Origin: Antedon mediterranea
Taxonomy: Eukaryota > Animalia > Echinodermata
Assembly: GCF_964355755.1 (NCBI RefSeq)
Contig: NC_092672.1
Span: forward strand, 36,028,437 to 36,092,436
DNA length: 64,000 bases
Direction: 5' to 3'
Shown: positions 52,707-64,000 of the stretch, piece by piece
Position numbering within the stretch: position 1 is the stretch's first letter
Layout of the letters: every line of letters starts with the position of its first letter
Program-made: the position numbers and the translations under genes
The notes under the pieces: generated by a model
Told to the model about the DNA's origin: nothing
The model's input: the letters and a program-made list of their open reading frames with translations, nothing else
Database searches by the model: none

Positions 52707-53051
52707 TTATAAAGATTCACCAAGAAACATAAAATTTCAATATAAATGTAGGGAGGGCCTAGGTCCTTCTCAAATCGAAAGCTCCTAATACCATGAAATG
52801 TAGGCCTTATAAGCATACTTTTCTGGCGCAATATTCCTCGTTTGATGCACACAATATTTGCCCATTTTTTTGGACAAAATCTTTGTAAACTATAATTCTG
52901 TTGTGATTGTAGTTATAATAGTCAGAGTTATAGTCAGAGTCAGAGTTATAACTGATTTTGGTTTTGTCTTGTGTGAGTTCATCTCACGTTTTTTATTTAA
53001 ATTCTCAATTATAAATATATTGTACACAGTATATATATATGTAAATTTGGG

Positions 53052-53260
53052 ACAATTAAAGTAGGTTTTTTTTAAACTAATTTTAACATACTGCTGTTAT
53101 TACTGAAGGAGAGATGATTGATTCAACGTCCAAACTAGTCTTTTTCTGGTTCAGTACAATTAAAGTAGGTTTTTTTAAAACTAATTTTAACATACTGCTG
53201 TTATTACTGAAGGAGAGATGATTGATTCAACGTCCAAACTAGTCTTTTTCTGGTTCAGTA
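53052..53260 (+). repeat. 104-bp near-exact tandem duplication
   Basis: ACAATTAAAGTAGG...CTAGTCTTTTTCTGGTTCAGT at 53052 and 53156. Confidence 0.9.
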
Positions 53261-54847
53261 TAAATTATTTTGTATGTACGAAAAAACTAAATTGGATTTT
53301 GTTTGACGCCTATTTTTTTTGTAATATTTCCACGAATCGTGTGATGCCAATATTCGTAATGTGTCACCTGACCTTACTGTTTTCATCGATTTTTAAAGCA
53401 ATATTTTATACCTTACCGGTATTAAAAGTTTAATGACATTCTTGTTAATTTTTTTAACAAGTTTTATTAAGAGATTTCATTCAATAGGCCTATTTGCCCT
53501 CTGTTCATCTTTTGTACACGTTTGCTCTGTTGAAGACCTTGCTGAGATATTACAACACCATGCAGACAATTGGCAGACGATCATCGGCAGACAATAATGG
53601 TGTCATTGATGAATACCATATACAAAAATTGGCGCGAACAAAGAATGTGTACGCGCAAACTCGTATACCACTTGTAAACGCCTTTTAAACATCATTTCAT
53701 AATTACAAAAAAGTTGTATGGGGGAAAAATGTTCTTGAGTGTAATTTCTTCCATGTTTGTTGACCTCCAAATGTAACGTTGACTTTTATGTAAACATATT
53801 GCTTGTTAATGTGTATTCGTCAATAACTTCCGCCGCACAGTTATTACCAACTCAACGTATATTAACGCGTTTCTATACAGATTCGCGCGAACAATCCACG
53901 CACTTCCCGTTGAACCATTATTGGTAATTATTCTTTTAAAGACAATTAGAGACAACCAGTAGCAATGAATGCCGAACACTTAAGTCTAAAATCGTGGAGT
54001 TTAGCTAGACACTATCTTGCTTAAAATACCATTTAATCGACACTTAGATGCATACACGGGAGTTTAATCGTAGATAAAGAGAATGGCTTACGCGGTGATA
54101 AAGTGGAATTAATGCGGGAGATCATGTAGTTAGTAAAGAATACAATTAATAGATAATAGCCGGAAAAAACGAACTAACTCGGTAGTGACGATGATTTCGA
54201 ATCAACATTTTAAACTAATAATATCCATGCTGATTTTATTTAGTACCATATTACAAATCCGATATAGTTTAAAACGCACCAAAACCCTCTCTATCATATT
54301 CTAAGTTGGTCCTTAGTGTAATAATTGTATGGATTTGAGGAAATAAATTTTTAATATTATTTTAATATATGGTAATTTTCTTCGCAGAATTACACACAAA
54401 CTATGACGTCACCAACTAAATGGAAACTTTTTAATATCCTATTGAAATAATAAATAATAATTTCCTAAAATTTGCATTAGAGAAATTTGAGATTTACAAC
54501 GTAATCTTGAAGTGTCAGAAAGGAGGACTGTTTCTAGTATCACTATGTTGACATAATGACGACGAGGCAAGGGAACCTATTCCTCTAGGAGTATCCTCTC
54601 CCAACAACATCGTAAAATAACAAAAATTGAATTCGATTGAATCACAAGAGAATGTTTATTAGCGTAAAATGATGCAGTGGAAGCGTCGAGGAGACAGTTA
54701 GGATGTCTATTATTTTATTACTTTAAGTGTCATATATCAATATTTAAACGTGCTTAGAAATAGGTGTCAGGTTTTATTACATTCTAGTGTAGTATGAATT
54801 TGTTTCAAACGATACAGTAACAAGTCCCTCTCGTTTTATGTATATTT

Positions 54848-54959
54848 GGCTTGGACGCAGCGCAACGACGCGTACGCGAGTGAATTTGGATGATCCATTG
54901 CGTCCTGATTGGTCAAATTACTTGCGGCGCGCTTACGTCGTTCAAGTGAGAACGAAACT
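54848..54959. mobile_element. Degenerate MITE family B fragment
   Basis: CTTGGACGCAGCGCAACG...TGATTGGTCAAATTACTTGCGGCGCGCTTACGTC...CAAGTGAGAACGAAACT. Confidence 0.6.
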
Positions 54960-57939
54960 TTCGGCCTACCAACTTGACACCTGAATTTACCACTGAATTT
55001 ACCACTGAATATGATGGTCATTATGCTCATTTCCATTTTGTTTTACTAAATCTGTCCAAATATTATATTGGTGAGGTGAAGTGGCCAGACGAACTGACCA
55101 ATTGTAGTTGTGGGTTGTCGCATCGCGTTATATGCCACAGAAACTTTGACGAACTGTATAAGTTGTCACACGGTTACACACCCTTCGCGGACGGCGTTCA
55201 AAGACGAATAATAATGGCTCAGGTTTTGTACGCGCGCGTAATGTTTGTGTGTCGCGTCACTGCTGTCACTGAAATTGACGATTGACGTAATCAATATTAT
55301 AATTTGATTTGTTCGAAAATGGTCGTTGGATGCAAACATAATGAAATCAGCCATTCGGTAAAAATGAGACCAAGAATAGCAAGTACGTACGTATTGTTGT
55401 ATTGATTATAGAGAGGTGATAATCCATCCATCTAGAATCAGTTAGTTAATTCGACTGTAAATAATATTGCCATACAAACACCGACATTACACAGACAGAG
55501 CGTACTTTAAGTTCATATACTTAAGAATAATTGTATTCAAATAAGAGTGTTTTAATTTTCATGCCTTGTAAGTTGTATAGGCCTAAATGGTTTATTTTGC
55601 TTTCCCTCGTGGAGTTCTACCAGATTCCTATTGTCTTTGTATTATAGTGCGGCAATTGTGTGATGTCAGAAATCACAGTAAGACTAACACTAACAGTTGG
55701 TATAGTACTATGAATGTATAAACATGAGTAAAATAATTTTAAGACTAACAGTAGGCTACAGTACTATGAATGTAAACAAGATCGAAAAAAATATCAAAAA
55801 AATAATAATATTTGAGGTTAATTAAACAACTATCATCATGAAGATGAATGTGCTGATAAAGATTATGTAAATAATGATCGTGATAATGACGGCTACATGA
55901 ATATGGATGATATAAACGTAAACCTATAGGTAACTATTAGTATTATGGAGGAATTTAAAATATCGCCCTGCCTTAAGCCAGCTCGAGCGTTAGAACAACT
56001 TCAGGAAAAGGAAAAGGAAGCGCCGTCTGAAATTAGTTTCGATCCAATGAGCTGGTTTACATTTATTACAAAGATAAAATATAGACGTAAGGGCGATTGA
56101 TGAGGCGTAAGCTCTTCTGAAATAACTTGTCTGTGGAGATTTATTAGGTGTAAATTCTTGGCGCCAAAGGTTCGTGGAGGTGTAAATTGGATAGGTCGTG
56201 ATTCAATAAGCAGGCGACAGGGTTTGTTTGTTCTTGACGCCTTTCAGCTAATGATATTGCATAGGTAGTATTAGTTATTAGCGCTATACAAACAAATCGT
56301 GCCGCTGATCAAGGAAGCGAGAGGAAAATGTCGAAAGTGGTTGCCAGTTAGCCTTGGATTGCCAGACTGCACGAGAATCGTCCATTCGCGTCTAATATTA
56401 CGAGAGCTGTGATTGGTCAAAAGTGATATTCTCAATCAACAAGGTTGTTAGAGGCGGCTCAGTTCCTACCAAACGTGTAGCCTTGGCGATGGAAAAGACC
56501 ACCGGTTACACAAGGAAGAGAAACAGTTTACTTAAAGTTTATGTTTTAATGACACTTTACCTTTTACCGCGCCGCTGTATTCCTACCGCTTGCTACGGTA
56601 TTTGCATTACGTTGTTTGATTTGGCGCCAGTAATTCGCACGTCAGGCCAATGAAGATTCTGTAGCATAACAGATCACTAAAATTTATTTATGTCATTGAT
56701 TTTACTGTCAGTTGTTTGCAGGTGTGCAATTGATGGCATTGACAATATATTTAGGGTGGGACCACCATACTTTCATTCGTCCACTCCACAAGAGCCAAAG
56801 AAACCGTTTCTTTTCTTACGTAAACAACGTATTTAAAAAAAAACTTACCTTTTGCTGAACAAACGTCATAAATTAAGTGTAACTCATAAAGTGACAAAAC
56901 TATTTAAACTTAAACTCGATAAAAGAACACCATCGAATTGAAATATCAACTCAAATACTCTAATGAAGAACAACGTGTTAATATAATGTTATATCACATC
57001 AGCACAGGGATAACGATAACCTGTTTTCTAAAAAAAACTTGAAAAAAATATTGAGATTATATTCTATTGCTAAGATTTCAAACAATCAATCAAAACATGT
57101 ATTTCTCTTTAAGTTCATAATAGGCCTAGGCCTAATAAATTACAATAATTTGAGTAATTTAGAGGGGCAAAAAAAATGCAAAGCTTGTGAGAGGCAGATT
57201 ATAAAACTAAAAAGGAAAAACAGGTTAACACTGAAATACTAATGCTAAATGTATATTTGAATTAAATTTAATGTTTTCTCAGTTCTAATAGTAATAATTC
57301 AATCCAATCTCTCTTCTATGAAAAATTATGTTGTTTCCTCGTCTTTCCCAAGTGTACTATTTATATATCACTGGCGATAGATTCAAACTTTATTTTTATT
57401 CATATTTAAAAAACTAATGAGATATTTTTAATGGTTTCCCGAGGCCTTTCTGTTTAAATTTGTCCACATGCCACTATTGATTGTAATACACGCTTACAAC
57501 CTCTTAATATACGATGGTTAACGTTTCGCGTTTGAAATCTCACCAATCCAGTTATTTTTCTACTGCTCCTAATGAATTAAAATGTGAAAATGAGTCTAGC
57601 CTTTTAGTCATTAGGATACTTTACCATTTTTCAATACTGTGAAACAATTTACTCCATTATATGCTACCTAGGCCTCTCTTTAGAATACAAATAAACGTCG
57701 CTTAAGTTGTCTTTTATCGCCGCCTGATGCCTGTAAAATACAACTGCTACCGACAACAGCCCAGCAGTGGTCTTCGTTTTAGATAATTACTTGAATGAAT
57801 CGATCTTTCACCATAATTGACAATAATTACGAACAAATTAAAGACACAATAGAAAAAACAGTTGCTCACTTGATGTTCACTTTTGATATTAATCGATAGA
57901 CACTCTTCTATTGTGTAAAGCTTCTCTCAGCTTCTCTCT

Positions 57940-58110
57940 TAGACGCAACACAAAGATGACGCGGGGCGAGCAATGCAAGGACGACGCGGGGCGCGCAACG
58001 CAAGGACGACGCGGGGCGCGCAACACAAAGACGACGCGGGGCGCGTAACACAAAGACGACGCGGGGCGCGCAACACAAGGACGACGCAGGGCGCGCGCGT
58101 ACCAATCACG
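57940..58110 (+). repeat. 25-bp minisatellite (~6 units) related to the MITE family B left arm
   Basis: (GCAACACAAAGACGACGCGGGGCGC)n, period 25 (57961, 57986, 58011...), followed by ACCAATCAC. Confidence 0.8.
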
Positions 58111-59522
58111 AGATAAGATCATAATGTTTGATTTGAGAGTATAAAACATTTAATCCGTTGGTTTAGTGAATTAAAAAGTAACGCACTTTCGGGAATTATT
58201 AAATGTAAACTATTATATAAATTTGGTATTATTAACTTGAGTTGCCTAAATAGAAATGTAAAAAAAAAGCAATGTGAAGATAATGTAATTTACAAGAAAC
58301 TTTGACAGATCTTTTTATATCAATTACGGGGGTCGATTTTCGTCAACCTAAGGTTCAATTCAATTTAAGTTTTTAACAAATCAATCATTATTACTTCTAA
58401 ACGTGGAGAGCCTTGTGCAGTACCCACAATCTCCTTCAGCATATAGAGCCCAAAAACATTCAGTAAGCGGAAAGGCAATAATTATTCGTTGAGTCCCAAG
58501 CGGCATCGTACAACTTCGCCTACAAGTTAGGCTGAGTGCGATGTGAGAAAGGCCAGTGGAAGACCCTGGTCTTGCGAGCCAAAAATACAGTCGATTACAA
58601 GCTGTTCTACCAAGCGCACTGCCTGGTGATGAGTAACACATTCGGTTTAATTATGTATTTAACAAGTTGATCTGTGTTTTCAACAAGTCTAGATCATGTA
58701 AGTGTCTTCGGATGACGACTACAAACCATCGAAATATTTTCTGATTTTAAAAAACGGCTCAGAAGCTGATAAGCCAGTAACTTAAATACAAAATCTCAAT
58801 TGATAAACTCATAACCGGCGAACGCGTATTTAGCTCGGGCACAAACCGAGATCCAATAATTTGTTTGATAATTGGGTGTCTTGGTGTTACTTTTATTCCA
58901 ATTAAAGATGTATAATGTCCCCAAAAACATGAGAGAAATGAAGATTAATAAAATCAGATTTTGAATAGGCCATTTTGTAGGTTTAATAAAGTTAATCACT
59001 TCTTTTGAAAATAAAATGAAACAAAGTTTTCACTTATAAAAACACAGACAAATGGTTAAATTTAACAAAAAGTCATTGACTGGTAGCCAATTTAATATTT
59101 TCATGATTTCATAATTTGTTCATGTAAATAATTTGTTTTTTGATCAAATTTTTGGTCAAAGTGAATAACTATTGTAGAAAATTAAAATGGTATATTCAAC
59201 AACAAAATTTGGAACAAATAATTTTTTAGGCGGACAATATTATATCTTTAATAGTAGCTGGCCACTTTTTTGTTTGGTTCTGACCCTAAACGCTTTTTAA
59301 TATACGAAAATGAATGTTGTGGCTTGTAATTAAAAGTGTAATATTGTCTTGCTCATAATCGTTTTGTATCATTGTCATCATTATCATTGTCTTCGTTACC
59401 ATCAACCTCGTCATTGTAATCTTTATCTTCCTCCTCCTTCTTTCTCATCAGTCTTCTTTTCTTTTTCTTTTTAAAATTCAACACAAATCGATGTTGTTTT
59501 TCTTCATAAATGTTCAGCCTAA

Positions 59523-59673
59523 TGATTGGTTCCCACGCAACACAAGGACGTAACGCAACGTAAGTGAGTTGACCAATCACAAGCGATGAATTATTCGAAC
59601 TGTTGCTTGCCATTGGTCAACACGCTAGCGTTGCGTTTACGTCCTTGCGTTACGTCCAAGTGAGAAACAAGCT
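59523..59673. mobile_element. MITE family B
   Basis: TTGGTTCCCAC-GCAACACAAGGACGTAACGCAACG...TTGACCAATCACAAGCGA...CAAGTGAGAAACAAGCT; flanks TAA/TGA. Confidence 0.8.
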
Positions 59674-61183
59674 TGACGTCGAACGGAAGTGTCTAAATCC
59701 TCACCAAGGTGCCTTCATTCTTTACTGTCTTTTTTTTATACTCCTTGTTTTCATTCAGAAAAATAGTGAAAGTGAAAGTAAACCAATAAAAAGAATAAAC
59801 ATCTTAAAATAACTTGTTCTACCAACATAAAAAGATAATCGGTGATTAGTAAAGTGACTAATCTAGGCCTTACCCTCCAAACATTCTGTGGTGGTGGAGT
59901 CACGGGGGCTCCTTATCGGCGCAATCAAATCCACCCTTCGTGTACACGCAAGACAGTTTCAAATCTTATAATCATAATAAGTAATACTTTGTACAATTAA
60001 TTTTAATAGGAATAATAATGAGTGATGATTACAGAGGTCATGGATGCTATAATGAAAGTACCACTCACACTATACAGTATTACGGTGTCCTTCAGAACAA
60101 CGTTGGTGTTTAATACGAAAGCTACACAGTTCTTGTTTGGTGAATCGTGGGAAAGGTTTTTATAAGGAGTCCGTAAGACTGGAGTCTTTGGCGGTTGTAA
60201 AATGAGTGGGATGTCAAAAATGAGTGACGGTGAGAGAGGAGTTGGACCGACAGTCAATCAAACCGACGAATCAATATACCAGGTCTTTTTGTATTTACTG
60301 ATTGATCAATTGTTCCATGTTGATCATGAATGTAAATATTATGTGTGCATTGTTTGTGTTTTTTTGCCAAGAAAACAATTATCATTGTACTACTGTATAA
60401 TGTATGAAAGACTTAATAAATCGAATCTGAATCTGTTTGAACCGTCACTGTACACATTTGCCAACAAAATGATGTATATTTTGTTTAATCTGAAAGTAAC
60501 TTCAATAAATGACATAGGCCTAAATAATATAGTGCAATTTCCCAATTCGCTTTCTCACGTGTGAAGTTTGACTGGTCAAGAGTGGCTATTTTTACAGTTA
60601 TGCAATGAAATTCGGTATTGTTCAAGTGTGAAGTTGCCCGACACAGTAACCATTTATTATCCTTCTGTATAATCCCATTCACATTCTTCCTCATTCTAGT
60701 ATTCTATAAAAACATAGAAATATATGTTAAGAAGAATAATGGATGTAACAATTGATTAAAAACTATGCCAGTCATGGTGATGGCGGATGTAATCGGCTAT
60801 GTGGAGATGAATGATACTGACCACTTGGTCCAGGAAACCGGCAGACAACCATCCGAAATGTGTGACCATTAGCAAGCGCCACATTGACCATAGCCACCGG
60901 TCACTTAAAGAGCGCGTCCTCTGAAAATACCGAGCGTTGAGAAACAGAAACCATTCGTTCGGCTCCGACTTGTAAAATATGATTCACCCTCTGTCTTTGT
61001 TATTTACGACAACTGTACATCAACATAAGTGTTGTACAAAATACACCACCATTAAGGGGCTGGCTACTTTCAAAGCGGAAATAATAGTCACAATAATAAT
61101 GTCGACTTTCATTTCATTTTTTTTTCCAAGTTTAAGATTTGCTGTAAAACATTAAAGTTATGTTTTTAGGCTACACATCATAA

Positions 61184-61368
61184 AGTTTGGTTCCACTAGA
61201 ACGCAACACAATGACGTAAGCGCAACGCAAGCTGACCAACAACAAGTGTATGAATAATTCAGCGCTTGGGATTGGTCATATCACTACCATATTTGAGCAT
61301 ATCACTACTATATTTGAGCATATCACTACCATATTAATTGATCATAACTAGATAGTGTATACAGAGCT
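61184..61368. mobile_element. Chimeric MITE: left part family B, right part family A
   Basis: AGTTTGGTTCCACTAGAACGCAAC...GATTG-GTCA-TATCACTACCATATTTGAGC...GATAGTGTATACAGAGCT; junction GTCA at 61275-61278. Confidence 0.7.
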
Positions 61369-61875
61369 TTACGTTACGTATAGTGCGGAAAACGGATTAT
61401 GTGCGCATTACGCCAGTGAGATGGACGGAACTCCGAGGAGAGACGCACGCGTTAATAGTTAGCCACTCGCATCTCTGTGTGGAGTCGTTTTTAACCACAC
61501 TGCAGCATTTATTGTTACTTGATTTTGCCTCTATTGTATTTCTCATTTTTATTTTGCCACAGCCTTTGCTCAGACAAGAAGGGTGAACATGGTTATGCCC
61601 GAATTTTGCTACTGGAACGCCACCGGCTGTTGGAGTCTTTCGGCCTTCGATCGGTAGTAAAGTGTGACACATTCAGATAGAACACAAACTAGCATTAAAC
61701 GTATACTTGTTGTATCCACTAATCATGTTTCCTTCCCAAATATTAGTGCAATTGAAAAACAAACAGACAACACTTATAAACTATAACATGCTGTTAACCA
61801 TTTTGTTAGAGGTCAGGTTAATTGTGAAGTAATATTGAGAATAGGGTGGGGAGTTTGAAATGACTGTTAGAGTAA

Positions 61876-62032
61876 AACTCTATCTACAATATCAAACTAG
61901 TTTGACAAAAAAAGTGGGATGTGCTCAAATATGGTAGTGATATTCCCAAATATGGTAGTGATATGACATCACATGTCCATATATGGGCAACACATTTTTT
62001 GTCGCATACAATTTGATAGTGTAGACAGAGCT
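61876..62032 (+). mobile_element. MITE family A, full length
   Basis: AACTCTATCTACAATATCAAACTAGTTTGACAAAAAAAGTG...TTTGATAGTGTAGACAGAGCT. Confidence 0.8.
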
Positions 62033-63028
62033 TTGTAGTAGCATGCCCCTACTTTGATTGATCAGAGTGGATTAATACAGCCTGAATAACCCCCTTAAAC
62101 CCACTGTCACGCGCGCGTAGGTTCATTGTATCGTCTGATAATCAGTAGGCCTCGGTCGCGGTATTTATAAGGTTTAACATGTCACATAAAACAGTTACAT
62201 GTAATTCAGGTATTTTTATTTGATCTTTTCCGAAGAATTACCATAAAATGTCATTATTTGTTTGACATTTATAGCTGATATTTGTGATAGTGTAGGATCT
62301 AGATTATGTATCCTTAATACACACCATTCTGTTTGATCTCAATTCTTTATGTTCTTATTCTTCTTATCTTATGCTTTCTCTTGACCTATGTAATCTTTAT
62401 ATAATCTCCTTTTTAAATTCATAATGGTATTTTTTAACCTGATTAACAATTGTTACTTCATCATATCGCAATCGTACGTAAAGGATACGTTGATACGTTG
62501 AGAATGCACAGTAATTAACCCGACGCACATTCTTTGGTATACTGATTAACCGTACCACAAACTTTTTAAGTCGTTGGTGGCAGTCATTAAACTGGTTCCC
62601 GGGTAATGCACTCCGATAAGTATTGTAATCTGGGAAATGTCGATAAAGATTGATTAATTCCAAGCGTTAAGTTGTTGATTGTGATTGTTTTTCCTCTGTT
62701 TGTACTATTTTGAATGTATTACTTTCAAATGCGTTTTACACGCGTGTGCAATATCATTTCATCGTTATAGTTTTTGTATTCTTTTGTATTTTGAATGTAT
62801 TCAAATGCGTTTTACACGCGTTTGCAATATCATTCGCAATTGTCTGAAATTGTTTCAGGATAATGTCATGAAGTTCCTCATGTATTTATAATTTTTGACA
62901 TTTACACAATAGAAACCTTCATTTTTATTTCCCTGTAGATCGTATCTGTATGGTGTCGTTTGCAGACGTCACCTCAGCCTAAACGCGGCGGATGAGATCA
63001 TGATGATACGGATGCCCCATGACCACCT

Positions 63029-63150
63029 CTTGGTTCTCACTTGGACGCGCAAAGCAAGAACGTACGCGCAACGCAAGTTGATTTACCAATTACAAGCGAT
63101 AGTTCGGATGATCCGATTGGTCAAAAGTTTCTTGCGTTGCGTTTATATAC
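63029..63150. mobile_element. Degenerate MITE family B fragment
   Basis: CTTGGTTCTCACTTGGACGCGCAAAGCAAG...GCAACGCAAG...ACCAATTACAAGCGA...GATTGGTCAAA...TTGCGTTGCGTTTA. Confidence 0.6.
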
Positions 63151-64000
63151 ATACGTCATTGTGTTCAATTAGTTAATGCTGTATAACCATTTGGGGTAAT
63201 CAAATCACTAGACCTCATCATGAACGGTTTAATAACTTCTGAAAGCTATGAGACGTAGGCATAATGTTATCGTCTGCCCTGGAAGTGAGCGCCTTCCAGA
63301 AGGGAGTTTGGACAGGTGTTGGATATTGTTCAGTTGTGCGTTCGTCCGTCGTCTGCGTCTTTTAATGTGTGTACGTGTCAGTTCATTTCATTTGTGGCTA
63401 AGACTGCATTCGATTTTCTCACTCTGATTAGTATGGCACGCCAGGACGGACATAAATATTCCAATTCCAACGGTACCCATCGAGGGCACGGCTTTTCTAA
63501 ACACATTTAATTTGAGAGATCGCAGTGAATCTTTATAATATAGGCCTAGGCCTAAAAGAAGCCAATCTCATGGACACACTCACGTTTGCGCATAATCAGC
63601 CGGCCCCAATCCTTTCATTGTCTCATTCAACTTATGTGGTTTGGTAGATGTATATATTTGAGTGAAAATAATAAAATTATGAAAACATTGTAATATAGTT
63701 ACTTTCATCAGCCCCGAGGTGATAGTCTTCTCGTAGGGGAGTTCATAGTGCATAATGGCGCCGTGTCTTCATCGCTCATTACAATATCTACTGAAACGAA
63801 TCGTCGAGCACTGACAGGCTGCTATGCTGCACGTGGGTTCATTCTAGGCATGGCCCAGTCCAGATTTTAATGCCGTCAAAAGTAGTGACTGGAAACCTGC
63901 ATAACGTCACAACTAATTCCCTTGATAATGTCATTTCCTTTCGATTCAGTAATGTTATTTCAATGATTAATATTATAGTTCTTCGGTTTGTCTTGTTTTC

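Noticed and set aside
57889-58149. ORFs with RAPRRPCVARPASS repeats
   Set aside because: Translation of the 25-bp minisatellite.
58381-61672. Several 60-120 aa ORFs downstream of the gene
   Set aside because: No recognisable homology, many rely on non-ATG starts, and no consistent exon chain was found.

Overview
AT-rich animal genomic DNA, not prokaryotic; probably an invertebrate deuterostome such as an echinoderm, though the taxon is inferred. The window holds one intact protein-coding gene, a six-exon Tbx2/3 T-box transcription factor on the + strand: join(30222..30583,34163..34430,41110..41256,44339..44415,46648..46784,47036..47910), 1866 nt, 621 aa, all introns GT-AG with consistent phases. 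It sits in a gene desert (about 30 kb upstream, 16 kb downstream) filled with transposon debris. This includes two families of ~160-bp PIF/Harbinger-like MITEs that nest, form a chimera and seed minisatellites; a 3.4-kb Academ-like element with TAG...CTA ends and a GAA target duplication; foldback elements; probable LINE 3' tails; and a decayed, apparently intron-containing tyrosine-recombinase-like gene (5530-7050, - strand). The palindrome TAGGCCTA is strongly over-represented, and one local duplication shows a clean TA versus TAGGCCTA indel, suggesting a transposon excision footprint. Most ORFs in the supplied track are spurious. All alignments and counts were done by eye.
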